Below, piece after piece: positions 1 through 9,063 of a stretch of DNA of 61,553 nt. The stretch is taken from the NCBI GenBank assembly GCA_016176525.1, contig JACOWZ010000003.1:1-61553 (forward strand), read 5' to 3'. The notes below the pieces were generated by a model. It was given only the letters and a program-made list of their open reading frames with translations. It was not told the DNA's origin and searched no databases. This DNA comes from Candidatus Colwellbacteria bacterium. Lineage in GTDB: Bacteria; Patescibacteriota; Minisyncoccia; UBA6257; Colwellbacteraceae. Positions within the stretch are counted from its first letter, which is position 1. Each line of letters opens with the position of its first letter. Made by a program: the position numbers and the translations under genes.

Positions 1-294
1 GTCGGCTCTGATATTCCCGCCCACATGGAGTTTTTGCTGTGGTGTGCCTGTTGAACCAAGGCCTATTGCTACATTGCCGTTGATTACTCGGAGGCCGACG
101 GAGATTCCGGAGCCCTCACCAACTGTTAGACCGCCTTCCTTTATCTGGCCTATACTGCCTGTGTGGAGAGGCGCAGAAGCATTGTTGCCCGGAGGGTTGG
201 ACGTTGGACGGTTCCAGGCTGATACAGTCTGGATGCCTGCAAAGACAAAGGCCATTGTCAATATCAAGGATAAAATTAATGGTTTTTTATTCAT
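1..294 (-). CDS. Secreted surface protein, N-terminal part (C-terminus lies beyond the left window edge)
   Basis: Reverse-strand ATG at 294-292 with an open frame down to position 1. Translation MNKKPLILSLILTMAFVFAGIQTVSAWNRPTSNPPGNNASAPLHTG...GTPQQKLHVGGNIRAD has a clear signal peptide. It is missing from the ORF track only because no stop lies in the window. The + ORF 44..319 is its antisense shadow. Confidence 0.5.
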   Translation of the reverse strand, partial: MNKKPLILSLILTMAFVFAGIQTVSAWNRPTSNPPGNNASAPLHTGSIGQIKEGGLTVGEGSGISVGLRVINGNVAIGLGSTGTPQQKLHVGGNIRAD

Positions 295-321
295 CTTAGT
301 TAATATTTTAACATATTAGTA

Positions 322-600
322 TTAATCTGCAGTCATGGATTGAATGAGCTCATTAAAATCTTTATCTGGGAGACTTGTGTAGTTTGGCCCGACATCACCT
401 GCCGACTTTGTAGAATCCGGAGTTTTAGTATCTGGCGTGCCGCGCAGTTTTTCTAATAATTCCTTCTGTTCTTCCGTAAGTTCAGTTGATGGAGGTTCTG
501 TGAGGTTGTCGGGCCGACTGCGATTTACAATAAACATCCATACGGCAAACGCCGAAACAATTATAACCGCCGTAATAATTAGAATATTTGACTTTGCCAT
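322..600 (-). CDS. Small membrane-anchored protein, function unknown
   Basis: One N-terminal TM helix (ILIITAVIIVSAFAVWMFIV) followed by a charged, Pro/Thr-rich tail. Its ATG overlaps the stop of the upstream gene in a TAATG junction. Confidence 0.5.
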   Translation of the reverse strand: MAKSNILIITAVIIVSAFAVWMFIVNRSRPDNLTEPPSTELTEEQKELLEKLRGTPDTKTPDSTKSAGDVGPNYTSLPDKDFNELIQSMTAD

Positions 601-1223
601 TAGCGCGGCCTTGTTTCTCTAATGTGTATCGGAGCTGTTGGAGGTTGGAAAATCCAGTTTGTTTCATCCTCAAACTGAACCCAGCCAACAACATCGCTGC
701 CCCACGCAAATCCTTCAAAGCTATTCCCATCTTCCATTAAACAAACTCCGTAGTGTGCTCCGCCACTGGTTTCTCCAGCAAGTTTAATCCAACCGTCCCA
801 TCCACTTGCGTCGCTGCCAGCGTCGGCTCTTACCCAGCCCTGTGCTTCTAAACCGCTTGCGCAAACATCACTAGAAACAGCACGGACCGTGGCAGGCATC
901 GTTGGAGTTTCTGGATAAGGAGCCGGCGGTTCAAAATCTATCCAACCGATATTAGAAGACCATGCATAGCCGCTAAATTTGCCAGTAGGCGGGTCGATTT
1001 TAACTTGGTAGTCCGGCTGGCTGCCGCATGTTTGCGGGTCTTCATTTGCGCAACTAAAACTTATCCAGCCTACATTTGAAGACCATGCATAACCATTTAG
1101 AAGGTTTTCGTGCTCGCTTGCCTGCAAAACACTCGAACCCTGTATAAAAAACAAAACCGCAAAAAGCGCAAAAAGACCAAGCGCCGCGAATATTGTTAGA
1201 TTACCCTTTGATTCCATTGCCAT
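600..1223 (-). CDS. Secreted Trp-rich repeat protein, function unknown
   Basis: N-terminal signal anchor (LTIFAALGLFALFAVLFFI). Three copies of the motif G(Y/F)AW(S/G)S(N/D)xxGW(I/V)xF: GYAWSSNVGWISF, GYAWSSNIGWIDF, GFAWGSDVVGWVQF. Confidence 0.6.
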   Translation of the reverse strand: MAMESKGNLTIFAALGLFALFAVLFFIQGSSVLQASEHENLLNGYAWSSNVGWISFSCANEDPQTCGSQPDYQVKIDPPTGKFSGYAWSSNIGWIDFEPPAPYPETPTMPATVRAVSSDVCASGLEAQGWVRADAGSDASGWDGWIKLAGETSGGAHYGVCLMEDGNSFEGFAWGSDVVGWVQFEDETNWIFQPPTAPIHIRETRPR

Positions 1224-1242
1224 ATAAATATTATAACATTTC

Positions 1243-1920
1243 TTACTTGCTCAACCATGCAGCTGCGGCGTTTAGTTCCGCTTCTTGCTTAGATTTACCA
1301 TCCCCTTCAGCCTCTTTTTTATCGCCGAAAAACAAGCCAACTCGAAACTCGCGCGCATGCGCGGGACCAGACTCTTCTAAAACTTTATATGTTGGAGTAA
1401 TTTTAAATTCGCTTTGTGCGCGCTCTTGTACAATGCTTTTTGCGTCTTTGCCGCCTAGTTCTACTTTATCCAATTTTGACATTATGTTTTTTTCTACAAA
1501 TACGCGGGCTACATCGTAGCCTTTATCTAAATATATGGCGCCAATCAAGGCCTCTAGCGCATTTGCGGCAATTTTCTCGCGGCTTTTGCTTTTTAGCGAC
1601 TCTCTGGCCTCACTTTTAGACAGCTGCACTTTATCAATAATCATTAATTCTTCTGCAACTTGGTAAAGAGTTCTGGAATTTACTAGCGCGGCTCTATATA
1701 AAGTAAGTTCTCCCTCCATTTTTTGAGGGAATAAATTAAAAAGGTGTGTTGTAACAATAAGTTCCAAAACTGCGTCGCCTAAAAATTCCAGCCGCTCGTT
1801 ATGCGCGGCGCCCGGTTCTTTCGCCTCGTTCATATATGAACGATGGGTTAGTGCTTCTTTTAAGAGATTCCTATTGCCAAAAACAACCCCAATCTTTTCT
1901 TCAATCTCTTCGTAATTCAT
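1243..1920 (-). CDS. rnc: Ribonuclease III
   Basis: RNase III signature [14 protein letters not shown] followed by a C-terminal dsRBD-like segment. 225 aa. 4-nt overlap with nusB. Confidence 0.9.
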   Translation of the reverse strand: MNYEEIEEKIGVVFGNRNLLKEALTHRSYMNEAKEPGAAHNERLEFLGDAVLELIVTTHLFNLFPQKMEGELTLYRAALVNSRTLYQVAEELMIIDKVQLSKSEARESLKSKSREKIAANALEALIGAIYLDKGYDVARVFVEKNIMSKLDKVELGGKDAKSIVQERAQSEFKITPTYKVLEESGPAHAREFRVGLFFGDKKEAEGDGKSKQEAELNAAAAWLSK

Positions 1921-2357
1921 TCTTCTTTCTTCTTATCTGGCTCTCCCATTTCTCTGTATACCGTGCCCAAAACTCCATTTACAAACTTACCGGAGTTGTC
2001 TCCGCCGTAACTCTTAGCTAACTCTATCGCCTCGTTTATTGCCACGCGCGGAGGCACCTCTTTGCGGTCTGCAAATAAAAGTTCATAAAGCCCAATGCGC
2101 AATATGTTTCTGTCCACAATCGGCAATTTTGTAAGCGGCCAGTCTGGTGCAGACGTTTCTATTATTTTATCCAACTCTGACATTTTATTTATAACCCCGT
2201 CAGAGAGTTTCTCCACAAATTCAGGCTCGTTGAACCCTGGCGCGAACTCTGCCAAGTTGCGCTTTAAAACAGTTTTAGGATCTTGCTTTCGCCCATAAAA
2301 ATCCCATTCGTAGAGGGATTGCAAAACCAAAGACCTGCCAAGTTGCCTAGTTGCCAT
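1917..2357 (-). CDS. nusB: Transcription antitermination factor NusB
   Basis: 146 aa. NusB-like motifs [13 protein letters not shown] and [26 protein letters not shown]. Confidence 0.85.
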   Translation of the reverse strand: MATRQLGRSLVLQSLYEWDFYGRKQDPKTVLKRNLAEFAPGFNEPEFVEKLSDGVINKMSELDKIIETSAPDWPLTKLPIVDRNILRIGLYELLFADRKEVPPRVAINEAIELAKSYGGDNSGKFVNGVLGTVYREMGEPDKKKEE

Positions 2358-2549
2358 TTATTTCGTGGATTCGGATGTATTTTGGGTTTTTCTTTCTTTG
2401 TAAAATCCGCAGTTTGGGCATGCTTTATGCGGCATTGTTGGGGCTTTGCACTTCGGGCACGGCATTAAAGACAAAGGGGTTCTTGCTAAATGACTCCTCC
2501 GCCTGCCTACTTTTGATTTTGAATGTCTTTTTACTGGTACGCCACCCAT
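2358..2549 (-). CDS. rpmF: 50S ribosomal protein L32
   Basis: 63 aa. N-terminal VPVKRHSKSKVGRRRSH and zinc-ribbon CPKC...CPNCG, typical of L32. Confidence 0.85.
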   Translation of the reverse strand: MGGVPVKRHSKSKVGRRRSHLARTPLSLMPCPKCKAPTMPHKACPNCGFYKERKTQNTSESTK

Positions 2550-2554
2550 TTGAA

Positions 2555-2586
2555 TAGTTAATAGTTTGTAGTGAGTAGTGTAGTAG
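2555..2586. repeat. Degenerate heptamer array TAGTKKG (about 4 units) at the 3' end of rnhB
   Basis: TAG recurs at 2555, 2562, 2569 and 2576. The 19-nt string tagtttgtagtgagtagtg (2562-2580) is identical to 23275-23293. Confidence 0.8.
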
Positions 2587-3187
2587 ATTTCTTCAAGAAG
2601 GTCAATCGGTGAACTTTGGAATGACTATGCTTTTTTATTGCTAGGCGGTGGATTCTTGTTCCATAGCCTTTATGCAGATTAAAGCTATACTCTGGATATT
2701 TTTTATGTAATTTAACCATATATCTGTCGCGAGCAACTTTGGCAACAATAGAAGCTAATTTTATTGCATTGATTTTCTCGTCGCCTTTTATTATTGTCTT
2801 TGCCCACGGAAAATTAAGCATCTGATACTTTTTGTGTTTAACATATAAACCGCCATCCAGAAATAGTGAGTAGTTAATAGATTGTAGTGAGTAGTTGAAA
2901 AGTAATTTTTTTAGCGCGCGGTGAGCAGCCAAGTTTGCGGCCATGGTTATGTTTATGCCATCAATCTTGTTTGGATAAACTCTTGCAACTGCGTATCTAA
3001 AGTTTGTGCGGATATATTCTGCCCAAAGTTCGCGATGATGAGATAAAAGTTTTTTAGAATCCCGAAGCGGTAATTTTAAATTTGAAATTTTAAATTTTAA
3101 ATTGACTGGCGCGGCTACTGCCGCAACAGTTATTGGCCCTGCGAGCGCCCCTCTTCCAACTTCGTCTATGCCTATTACATACTTCAC
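2558..3187 (-). CDS. rnhB: Ribonuclease HII
   Basis: N-terminal IGIDEVGRGALAGPITVAAV plus DSKKL motif. 209 aa. Contains three heptamer-repeat tracts (listed separately). Confidence 0.85.
   Translation of the reverse strand: MKYVIGIDEVGRGALAGPITVAAVAAPVNLKFKISNLKLPLRDSKKLLSHHRELWAEYIRTNFRYAVARVYPNKIDGINITMAANLAAHRALKKLLFNYSLQSINYSLFLDGGLYVKHKKYQMLNFPWAKTIIKGDEKINAIKLASIVAKVARDRYMVKLHKKYPEYSFNLHKGYGTRIHRLAIKKHSHSKVHRLTFLKKSTTLLTTNY
2864..2898. repeat. Degenerate heptamer array TAGNNNN (5 units) inside rnhB
   Basis: tagtgag tagttaa tagattg tagtgag tagttga, with TAG at 2864, 2871, 2878, 2885 and 2892. Encodes NYSLQSINYSLF on the minus strand. Confidence 0.8.
3071..3103. repeat. 33-nt AT-rich module (AATTTKA heptamers), copy 1, inside rnhB
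   Basis: taattttaaatttgaaattttaaattttaaatt is identical to 27944-27976. Translated [11 protein letters not shown] in both genes. Confidence 0.9.
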
Positions 3188-3200
3188 TTTGTGAAGTATA

Positions 3201-3228
3201 GAATTTTCAATTTTAAATTTCCAATTTT
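3201..3228. repeat. Intergenic heptamer array NAATTTT x4 in the rnhB/dnaE divergent region
   Basis: gaatttt caatttt aaatttc caatttt. In addition, gaattttcaat is repeated at 3201-3211 and 3233-3243. Confidence 0.7.
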
Positions 3229-3270
3229 CATTGAATTTTCAATGTTTTAAATATAGAATAAGCACGCACT

Positions 3271-6200
3271 ATGCCTAAATTCGTACATCTGCATACCCAC
3301 AGCCACTACTCCCTCTTAGACGGCTTGTCTAAAATAGACAAGCTGGTTTTGCGTGCAAAAGAACTTGGCATGCCAGCATTAGCACTTACCGACCACGGCA
3401 ATATGTACGGTGCTGTTGAATTCTACAAAAAATGTAAAAAAGAAGGTGTGAAACCGATAATTGGCGTAGAAACCTATATTGCCAAAAATTCGCGCTTTGG
3501 GCGCGACTCGAAAACAGATTCTACAAGGTATCACCTAACACTCCTTGTTAAAAACGGGGTTGGCTACAAGAATTTAAACACACTTATAACAAAGTCTCAT
3601 TTAGAGGGCTTTTATTACAAACCAAGGATTGATAAAGAACTTTTAAAAGAGTATAGCGAGGGGTTAATTTGCCTATCCGGCTGCTTTTCCGGCGAAGTAG
3701 CAAGGCTTTTACAGGCTAATCAGGTGGAAGTTGCCGAGCGTGTTGCAAAAGAATACAAAACAATATTCAAAGACGATTACTACATAGAAATACAGCCTCA
3801 TAGCCCGAATCTCCATAAAGGGCTTATTGCGATTTCCAAAAAATTAAATATTCCGCTTGTTGCAACGCAAGACTCGCACTATCTTAGACCTGAAGATGCT
3901 ACTATGCACGAAGTATTTTTGGCAATTCAGACAAACGCAAGATTTGAGGACGAAGACAGATTTAGTTTTAAAAAATATAACGCGTCACTGCGGCCGATGG
4001 AAGAAATGGCAGAGCTTTTTAAAGACTTGCCAGAGGCAATAGAAAACACGGTTAAGATTGCGGATAAATGTAATTTTGAGTTTCAGCTAGGTAAAACAAT
4101 ACTCCCCCACTTCGATGTGCCGGAGGGTAATGATGCAAATTCATATCTGGAAAAACTCTTAATGGAGAAACTCGCCAACCGTTATCCAAAGGCGCCACAA
4201 GAAGTAAAAGACAGGCTAAAGTATGAGCTAAGCGTAATAGAGAAAACCGGCTTTGCGGATTACTTTTTGATAGTGCAAGACTTTGTAAACTGGGCAAAAG
4301 AGCGCGGGATTGTTGTTGGGCCCGGCAGGGGTTCTGCGGCGGGGAGCATAATTTCTTATATTTTAGGCATAACAGATGTAGACCCTTTAAAATATAACCT
4401 TCTTTTTGAGAGATTCTTAAACCCAGAGAGAATATCAATGCCTGATATTGATTTGGACTTTGCCGACACCCGCCGAGACGAAGTGCTGGGTTACCTTAAA
4501 GATAAATATGGCGAAGACCATGTAGCGCAGATTATAACCTTCGGAACAATGGCCGCCCGGGCATCTGTGCGCGACGCAGGCCGCGCGCTCGGCATGCAAT
4601 ATGACTTTTGCGACCGCATAGCAAAATTAATTCCGTTTGAACCGAATATGAATAAATCTGATACCCGCTTGGATAAATATCTGGAGGCTGTGCCGGAGCT
4701 AGGGCAAGAATACAAAACAAACCCAGACGCTAAAAAACTAATAAACGCCGCGCGCGAACTTGAAGGCACGGTTAGGCATGCATCTGTGCATGCATGCGGA
4801 ACCGTGGTATCGCGCGAATCACTAGTAAACTATATGCCACTTCAGCGCTCGCCGCAGGATGAGAAGGCAACAATCACGCAATTTGAAATGCACAGCGTAG
4901 AAGACCTCGGGCTTTTGAAAATAGATCTTTTGGGGCTGCGCACGCTAACAATTATTGAGGAAACGCTCCGCTTGCTTAAAGAAATGCAAGGCAAGGATAT
5001 TAATATTACTGAAATTCCATTGGATGACAAAAAAACATATAAATATCTACAAACTGGCGAGACAACCGGCGTGTTCCAGTTTGAATCCAGTGGAATGCGC
5101 AGATATATGAAAGAAATTGTACCTACCACACTTGAAGACTTAACTGCGCTTGTCTCACTATATAGGCCCGGCCCAATTGAACTTATCCCCTCTTTTATTG
5201 CGCGCAAATTTGGGCGCGAAAAAGTAACCTACCTTCATCCAAAACTTGAACCCATATTAAAAACCACCCACGGCATAGGGGTATACCAAGAGCAAATGAT
5301 GCAAATTGCAAGAGACTTGGCAGGCTTTACACTGCCGGAAGCCGACACCTTGCGTAAAGCTATAGGCAAAAAGATAAAGTCGCTTTTGGATGAACAAGAG
5401 AAAAAACTTATTGACGGCATGGTTAAAAACGGCATAAACGATACAACTGCGCGTAAGATTTGGGAACTCTTCCCACCTTTTGCAAGATATGGATTCAATA
5501 GAAGCCACGCTGTAAGCTATGCGCTTATTGGCTACCAAACAGCATACTTGAAGGCGCATTATCCGGTTGAATTTATGACCGCGCTTTTAAATAATTCTAA
5601 AGAAGATGTTGAGCGCATTGCCCTTTTGGTAAGCGAAGCTAAAAGAATCGGCATACAAGTTTTGCCACCGGATATTAATATGAGCGCGGAAAAATTCGTG
5701 CCAGAAGACAGCAACATCCGCTTTGGAATAGCTGCCATAAAAAACGTAGGCAAAAACATAACAAGCGTAATAGTAGAAGAGCGGTTAAGGGGTGGGGCAT
5801 ATAAAAGTTTGGAAGATTTCGCATCACGTATAAGCCACAGAGACCTCAATAAAAAATCATTGGAATCTTTGGCAAAAAGCGGCGCGCTGGATTCATTTGG
5901 TATTGAAAGAAATACCATATTAGAAAATATGGACAACATTTTAAAACTGAAAAATGGCGCCAAATCTGCAAACGAAAATCAGATAGGACTTTTTGCACAC
6001 AAACCAATTGAGATAAAAATAAAATTAAAAGAAGCAAAACCTGCGGCTAAAATGGAGCGGCTAAATTGGGAAAAAGAGCTTTTAGGCTTATATATTACAG
6101 ACCATCCGCTAACTGGAGCCTTAAGTAAAATTAAAGGAGCCGAGCCGATATCTGGAGTACTAACAGAGACAAATGAAAGAAAGACCCATAAAATTGCCGG

Positions 6201-6426
6201 TCTTATAACAAAAATACAATATATCAACACGAAGAATGGCGACCCTATGGTTTTTGCTAGAATTGAAGATATAGGCAACAATATAGAAGCGTTGATTTTT
6301 AGTGATGTATTAAAGAAAGATGCATCTATATGGACAGAAGGAAATATTGTAGGAATTGCGGGTCGCATTAGCCGCAAAAACGGAGAACCGAAGATAATAT
6401 GCACAGCAGTAAAACTAATAAAATAG
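3271..6426 (+). CDS. dnaE: DNA polymerase III alpha subunit
   Basis: 1051 aa. PHP domain start FVHLHTHSHYSLLDG, polymerase core motifs (PDIDLDF, GLLKIDLLGL) and a C-terminal OB-fold region. Confidence 0.95.
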   Translation: MPKFVHLHTHSHYSLLDGLSKIDKLVLRAKELGMPALALTDHGNMYGAVEFYKKCKKEGVKPIIGVETYIAKNSRFGRDSKTDSTRYHLTLLVKNGVGYKNLNTLITKSHLEGFYYKPRIDKELLKEYSEGLICLSGCFSGEVARLLQANQVEVAERVAKEYKTIFKDDYYIEIQPHSPNLHKGLIAISKKLNIPLVATQDSHYLRPEDATMHEVFLAIQTNARFEDEDRFSFKKYNASLRPMEEMAELFKDLPEAIENTVKIADKCNFEFQLGKTILPHFDVPEGNDANSYLEKLLMEKLANRYPKAPQEVKDRLKYELSVIEKTGFADYFLIVQDFVNWAKERGIVVGPGRGSAAGSIISYILGITDVDPLKYNLLFERFLNPERISMPDIDLDFADTRRDEVLGYLKDKYGEDHVAQIITFGTMAARASVRDAGRALGMQYDFCDRIAKLIPFEPNMNKSDTRLDKYLEAVPELGQEYKTNPDAKKLINAARELEGTVRHASVHACGTVVSRESLVNYMPLQRSPQDEKATITQFEMHSVEDLGLLKIDLLGLRTLTIIEETLRLLKEMQGKDINITEIPLDDKKTYKYLQTGETTGVFQFESSGMRRYMKEIVPTTLEDLTALVSLYRPGPIELIPSFIARKFGREKVTYLHPKLEPILKTTHGIGVYQEQMMQIARDLAGFTLPEADTLRKAIGKKIKSLLDEQEKKLIDGMVKNGINDTTARKIWELFPPFARYGFNRSHAVSYALIGYQTAYLKAHYPVEFMTALLNNSKEDVERIALLVSEAKRIGIQVLPPDINMSAEKFVPEDSNIRFGIAAIKNVGKNITSVIVEERLRGGAYKSLEDFASRISHRDLNKKSLESLAKSGALDSFGIERNTILENMDNILKLKNGAKSANENQIGLFAHKPIEIKIKLKEAKPAAKMERLNWEKELLGLYITDHPLTGALSKIKGAEPISGVLTETNERKTHKIAGLITKIQYINTKNGDPMVFARIEDIGNNIEALIFSDVLKKDASIWTEGNIVGIAGRISRKNGEPKIICTAVKLIK

Positions 6427-8171
6427 AAAATATTCGGCATTCGCTAGCTCACCTTTTGGCCGCCGTAGTGCAAAAACGGTATCCAAAAGTAAAGCTTGGT
6501 ATTGGCCCCGCAATAGAGGGCGGTTTTTATTATGATTTTTTGTTTGCAAAACCGATCTCGGCGGATGTTTTGCCGGAAATTGAAAAAGATATGCGCGAAC
6601 TTATTAGAAAAGGTTTGGTATTTTCCGGAGAAAAAATAACACCCGCCAAGGCCCGCACTCTTTTTAAAAATCAGACGTTTAAACTGGAACTGATAAAAGA
6701 CTTTTCAAAAGAAAAGAAACAACTAACTACATATAAGACTGGCGATGTTTTCCAAGATTTATGCAAGGGCGGGCATGTTAAAAATACCTCGGAGATTAAC
6801 CCCGATGCATTCAAATTAACCCACCTTGCCGGCGCCTACTGGAAAGGCGATGAGAAAAATAAAATGTTAACACGTATATATGGTGCGGCGTTTGAGACTA
6901 AGCGCGAACTTGATGAATATCTTGCGCACATAGCCGAAGCCGAAAAACGAGACCACAGGCGTATAGGCAAAGAATTAGATTTGTTTACTTTCTCTGATTT
7001 GATTGGCGCAGGGCTCCCTCTTTTTACCCCGCGTGGAGCTGCAATGCGAGAAGCGTTAATTGATTTTTTATGGAGTTTATCTAAAAAATATGGATACCAA
7101 AAAGTATCTATACCACATATAACAAAAATTGATCTGTATGAAAAGAGTGGGCACGCCGCAAAGTTTAAAGATGAGTTTTTTTACGTGCATGGCGCACAGA
7201 GCGGAGCAGACTTTGTAATGAAACCGATGAACTGCCCCCATCATACACAAATTTATGCATCGCGTCCGCGAAGCTACCGCGACCTGCCAATACGGCTAAA
7301 TGAGCCGACAATGATGTACCGAGACGAAAAGCCAGGGCAACTTCGAGGCATAGAGCGCGTGCGTTCTATAACTGTTGATGACGCCCACATATTCTGCACA
7401 CCAGACCAAATAAAAGACGAGGCAAAAAATATTGTAAAAATCATCAAAGAATTCTACTCCGCATTAGGAATGTGGAAAGAAGGTGTAACATTCTGGGTAT
7501 CACTCTCCGTGCGCGACCCTAAAAACCTAAAGAAATACCTAGGTGAAGATAAAAATTGGAATAAAGCCGAGAATTTTTTGGAAGAGGTGGCATTAGGAAT
7601 GGACTTAAATGCAAAACGAATGGAGGGCGAGGCTGCGTTCTACGGGCCGAAATTAGACTTTATGTTTAAAGATGCGCTAGGCCGCGAGACGCAACTCGCA
7701 ACAATTCAAATAGACTTTGTACAACCTGATAGGCTCGGTTTGGAGTATGTAAGCGAAAACGGGAAAAAAGAAATACCAGTAATGATACATCGCGCAATTG
7801 CGGGCTCATTGGAGAGATTTATGTCAATCTTGATAGAACACTTCGCCGGTGTATTTCCGTTATGGCTCTCCCCCGTTCAGATTGTCGTAATTCCTATTTC
7901 AGAAAAGTTTAATAAGTATGCGGAGGAAGTGCGCGAGAAATTATTTAATGCAGACATTCGTGTTGAGGTTGACGATAGCAACGAAACCCTAGGTAAGCGC
8001 ATCCGCAGTGCCGAAATGCAAAAAGCGCCGTACATTGCAATAGTTGGAGAAAAAGAAATGAACGCCGGTACTATAGCACTCCGTAAACGCGGCAAAGGAG
8101 ATGAGGGTGTAATTGGCGTAGATAAGTTTATTGAAAGACTAGAGAAAGAAATTGAAGAAAAGACTCTTTAA
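6399..8171 (+). CDS. thrS: Threonyl-tRNA synthetase (no N-terminal TGS domain)
   Basis: Begins at the editing-domain motif RHSLAHLLAAVV..GPAIEGGFYYDF. Class II core (FVMKPMNCPHH, RVRSITVDDAHIF) and an anticodon-binding C-terminus. Overlaps the dnaE end by 28 nt. Confidence 0.92.
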   Translation: MHSSKTNKIENIRHSLAHLLAAVVQKRYPKVKLGIGPAIEGGFYYDFLFAKPISADVLPEIEKDMRELIRKGLVFSGEKITPAKARTLFKNQTFKLELIKDFSKEKKQLTTYKTGDVFQDLCKGGHVKNTSEINPDAFKLTHLAGAYWKGDEKNKMLTRIYGAAFETKRELDEYLAHIAEAEKRDHRRIGKELDLFTFSDLIGAGLPLFTPRGAAMREALIDFLWSLSKKYGYQKVSIPHITKIDLYEKSGHAAKFKDEFFYVHGAQSGADFVMKPMNCPHHTQIYASRPRSYRDLPIRLNEPTMMYRDEKPGQLRGIERVRSITVDDAHIFCTPDQIKDEAKNIVKIIKEFYSALGMWKEGVTFWVSLSVRDPKNLKKYLGEDKNWNKAENFLEEVALGMDLNAKRMEGEAAFYGPKLDFMFKDALGRETQLATIQIDFVQPDRLGLEYVSENGKKEIPVMIHRAIAGSLERFMSILIEHFAGVFPLWLSPVQIVVIPISEKFNKYAEEVREKLFNADIRVEVDDSNETLGKRIRSAEMQKAPYIAIVGEKEMNAGTIALRKRGKGDEGVIGVDKFIERLEKEIEEKTL

Positions 8172-9063
8172 GCCAAGGATTATTATAATCTTAGGTCCAA
8201 CCGCTAGTGGAAAATCTGATTTAGCGGTAAATATCGCTAAGAAACTCAATGGCGAAGTGATTTCTGCCGATTCGCGGCAGGTTTATAATGGGTTAGATAT
8301 TGGCTCTGGAAAAATAACAAAACGCGAGATGCGCGGAGTTCGTCATTATCTTTTGGACGTCGCCTCTCCAAAAAAGGTTTTTACTGTCGCGCAATATCAA
8401 AAGCTCGGCAAACGCGCTATAAAAGATATTTTGCACCGAGGTAAACTCCCCATAATCTGTGGCGGCACCGGGCTTTATATTGATGCGCTTATATATGACA
8501 AAAAATTCCCCGCCGTGCCACCGAACAAAAAACTGCGCGCAAAATTAGAAAAACTATCAACCACAGAACTCTTTGTGCGAATTAAAAAACTAGACCCAGA
8601 GCGGGCGAAAACAATTGAAAAACAAAACCGCAGGCGATTGATTCGCGCATTAGAAATTATTGAAGAGCTAGGTAAGGTGCCGAAGATTAAAACATCGTCT
8701 CCATACGAAACGCTAAAAATCGGCATTAAACTGCCGCGAGAACGGTTGAAAAAAAATATTACGAAACGGCTTGAAAAAAGACTAAAGCAAGGAATGGTTA
8801 AAGAGGTGGAGAATTTGCATAAATCCGGCGTTAGCTGGAAGCGACTAGATGATTTAGGACTTGAGTATCGCTATGTCTCGCGATATCTGCGTGATATGAT
8901 CAATCATAACACCATGAAAGAGATGATTCTACGTGAAAGTTGGAAATACGCCCGCCGCCAAATGACGTGGTGGAGAAAAGATCAATCCATTCACTGGATT
9001 TCTGGAAAAATAAATAGCAGGCTAAATAGCCTGCTTAACTTCCGATACCCTAAACGGAAATAG
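8152..9063 (+). CDS. miaA: tRNA dimethylallyltransferase
   Basis: P-loop ILGPTASGKSDLA followed by ISADSRQVYNGLDIGSGKIT, typical of MiaA. 303 aa. Confidence 0.9.
   Translation: MKKRLFKPRIIIILGPTASGKSDLAVNIAKKLNGEVISADSRQVYNGLDIGSGKITKREMRGVRHYLLDVASPKKVFTVAQYQKLGKRAIKDILHRGKLPIICGGTGLYIDALIYDKKFPAVPPNKKLRAKLEKLSTTELFVRIKKLDPERAKTIEKQNRRRLIRALEIIEELGKVPKIKTSSPYETLKIGIKLPRERLKKNITKRLEKRLKQGMVKEVENLHKSGVSWKRLDDLGLEYRYVSRYLRDMINHNTMKEMILRESWKYARRQMTWWRKDQSIHWISGKINSRLNSLLNFRYPKRK

Noticed and set aside
44-319. 91-aa + strand ORF at the left edge
   Set aside because: It lies antisense to a better-supported minus-strand gene that has a clean signal peptide (ATG at 294). The Pro/Arg-rich translation looks like a shadow frame.
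3071-3256. AT-rich repeats considered as a CRISPR array or a replication origin
   Set aside because: The units are 7 nt, degenerate and contiguous, with no repeat-spacer structure of CRISPR size and no cas genes. There is no dnaA gene and I could not identify any DnaA-box-like 9-mers, so an origin call is unsupported.
5559-6440. Minus-strand ORFs of 134 and 153 aa (and several shorter ones at 4052-5559) inside dnaE
   Set aside because: They are antisense to dnaE. The hydrophobic low-complexity translations are typical of shadow frames in AT-rich genes.
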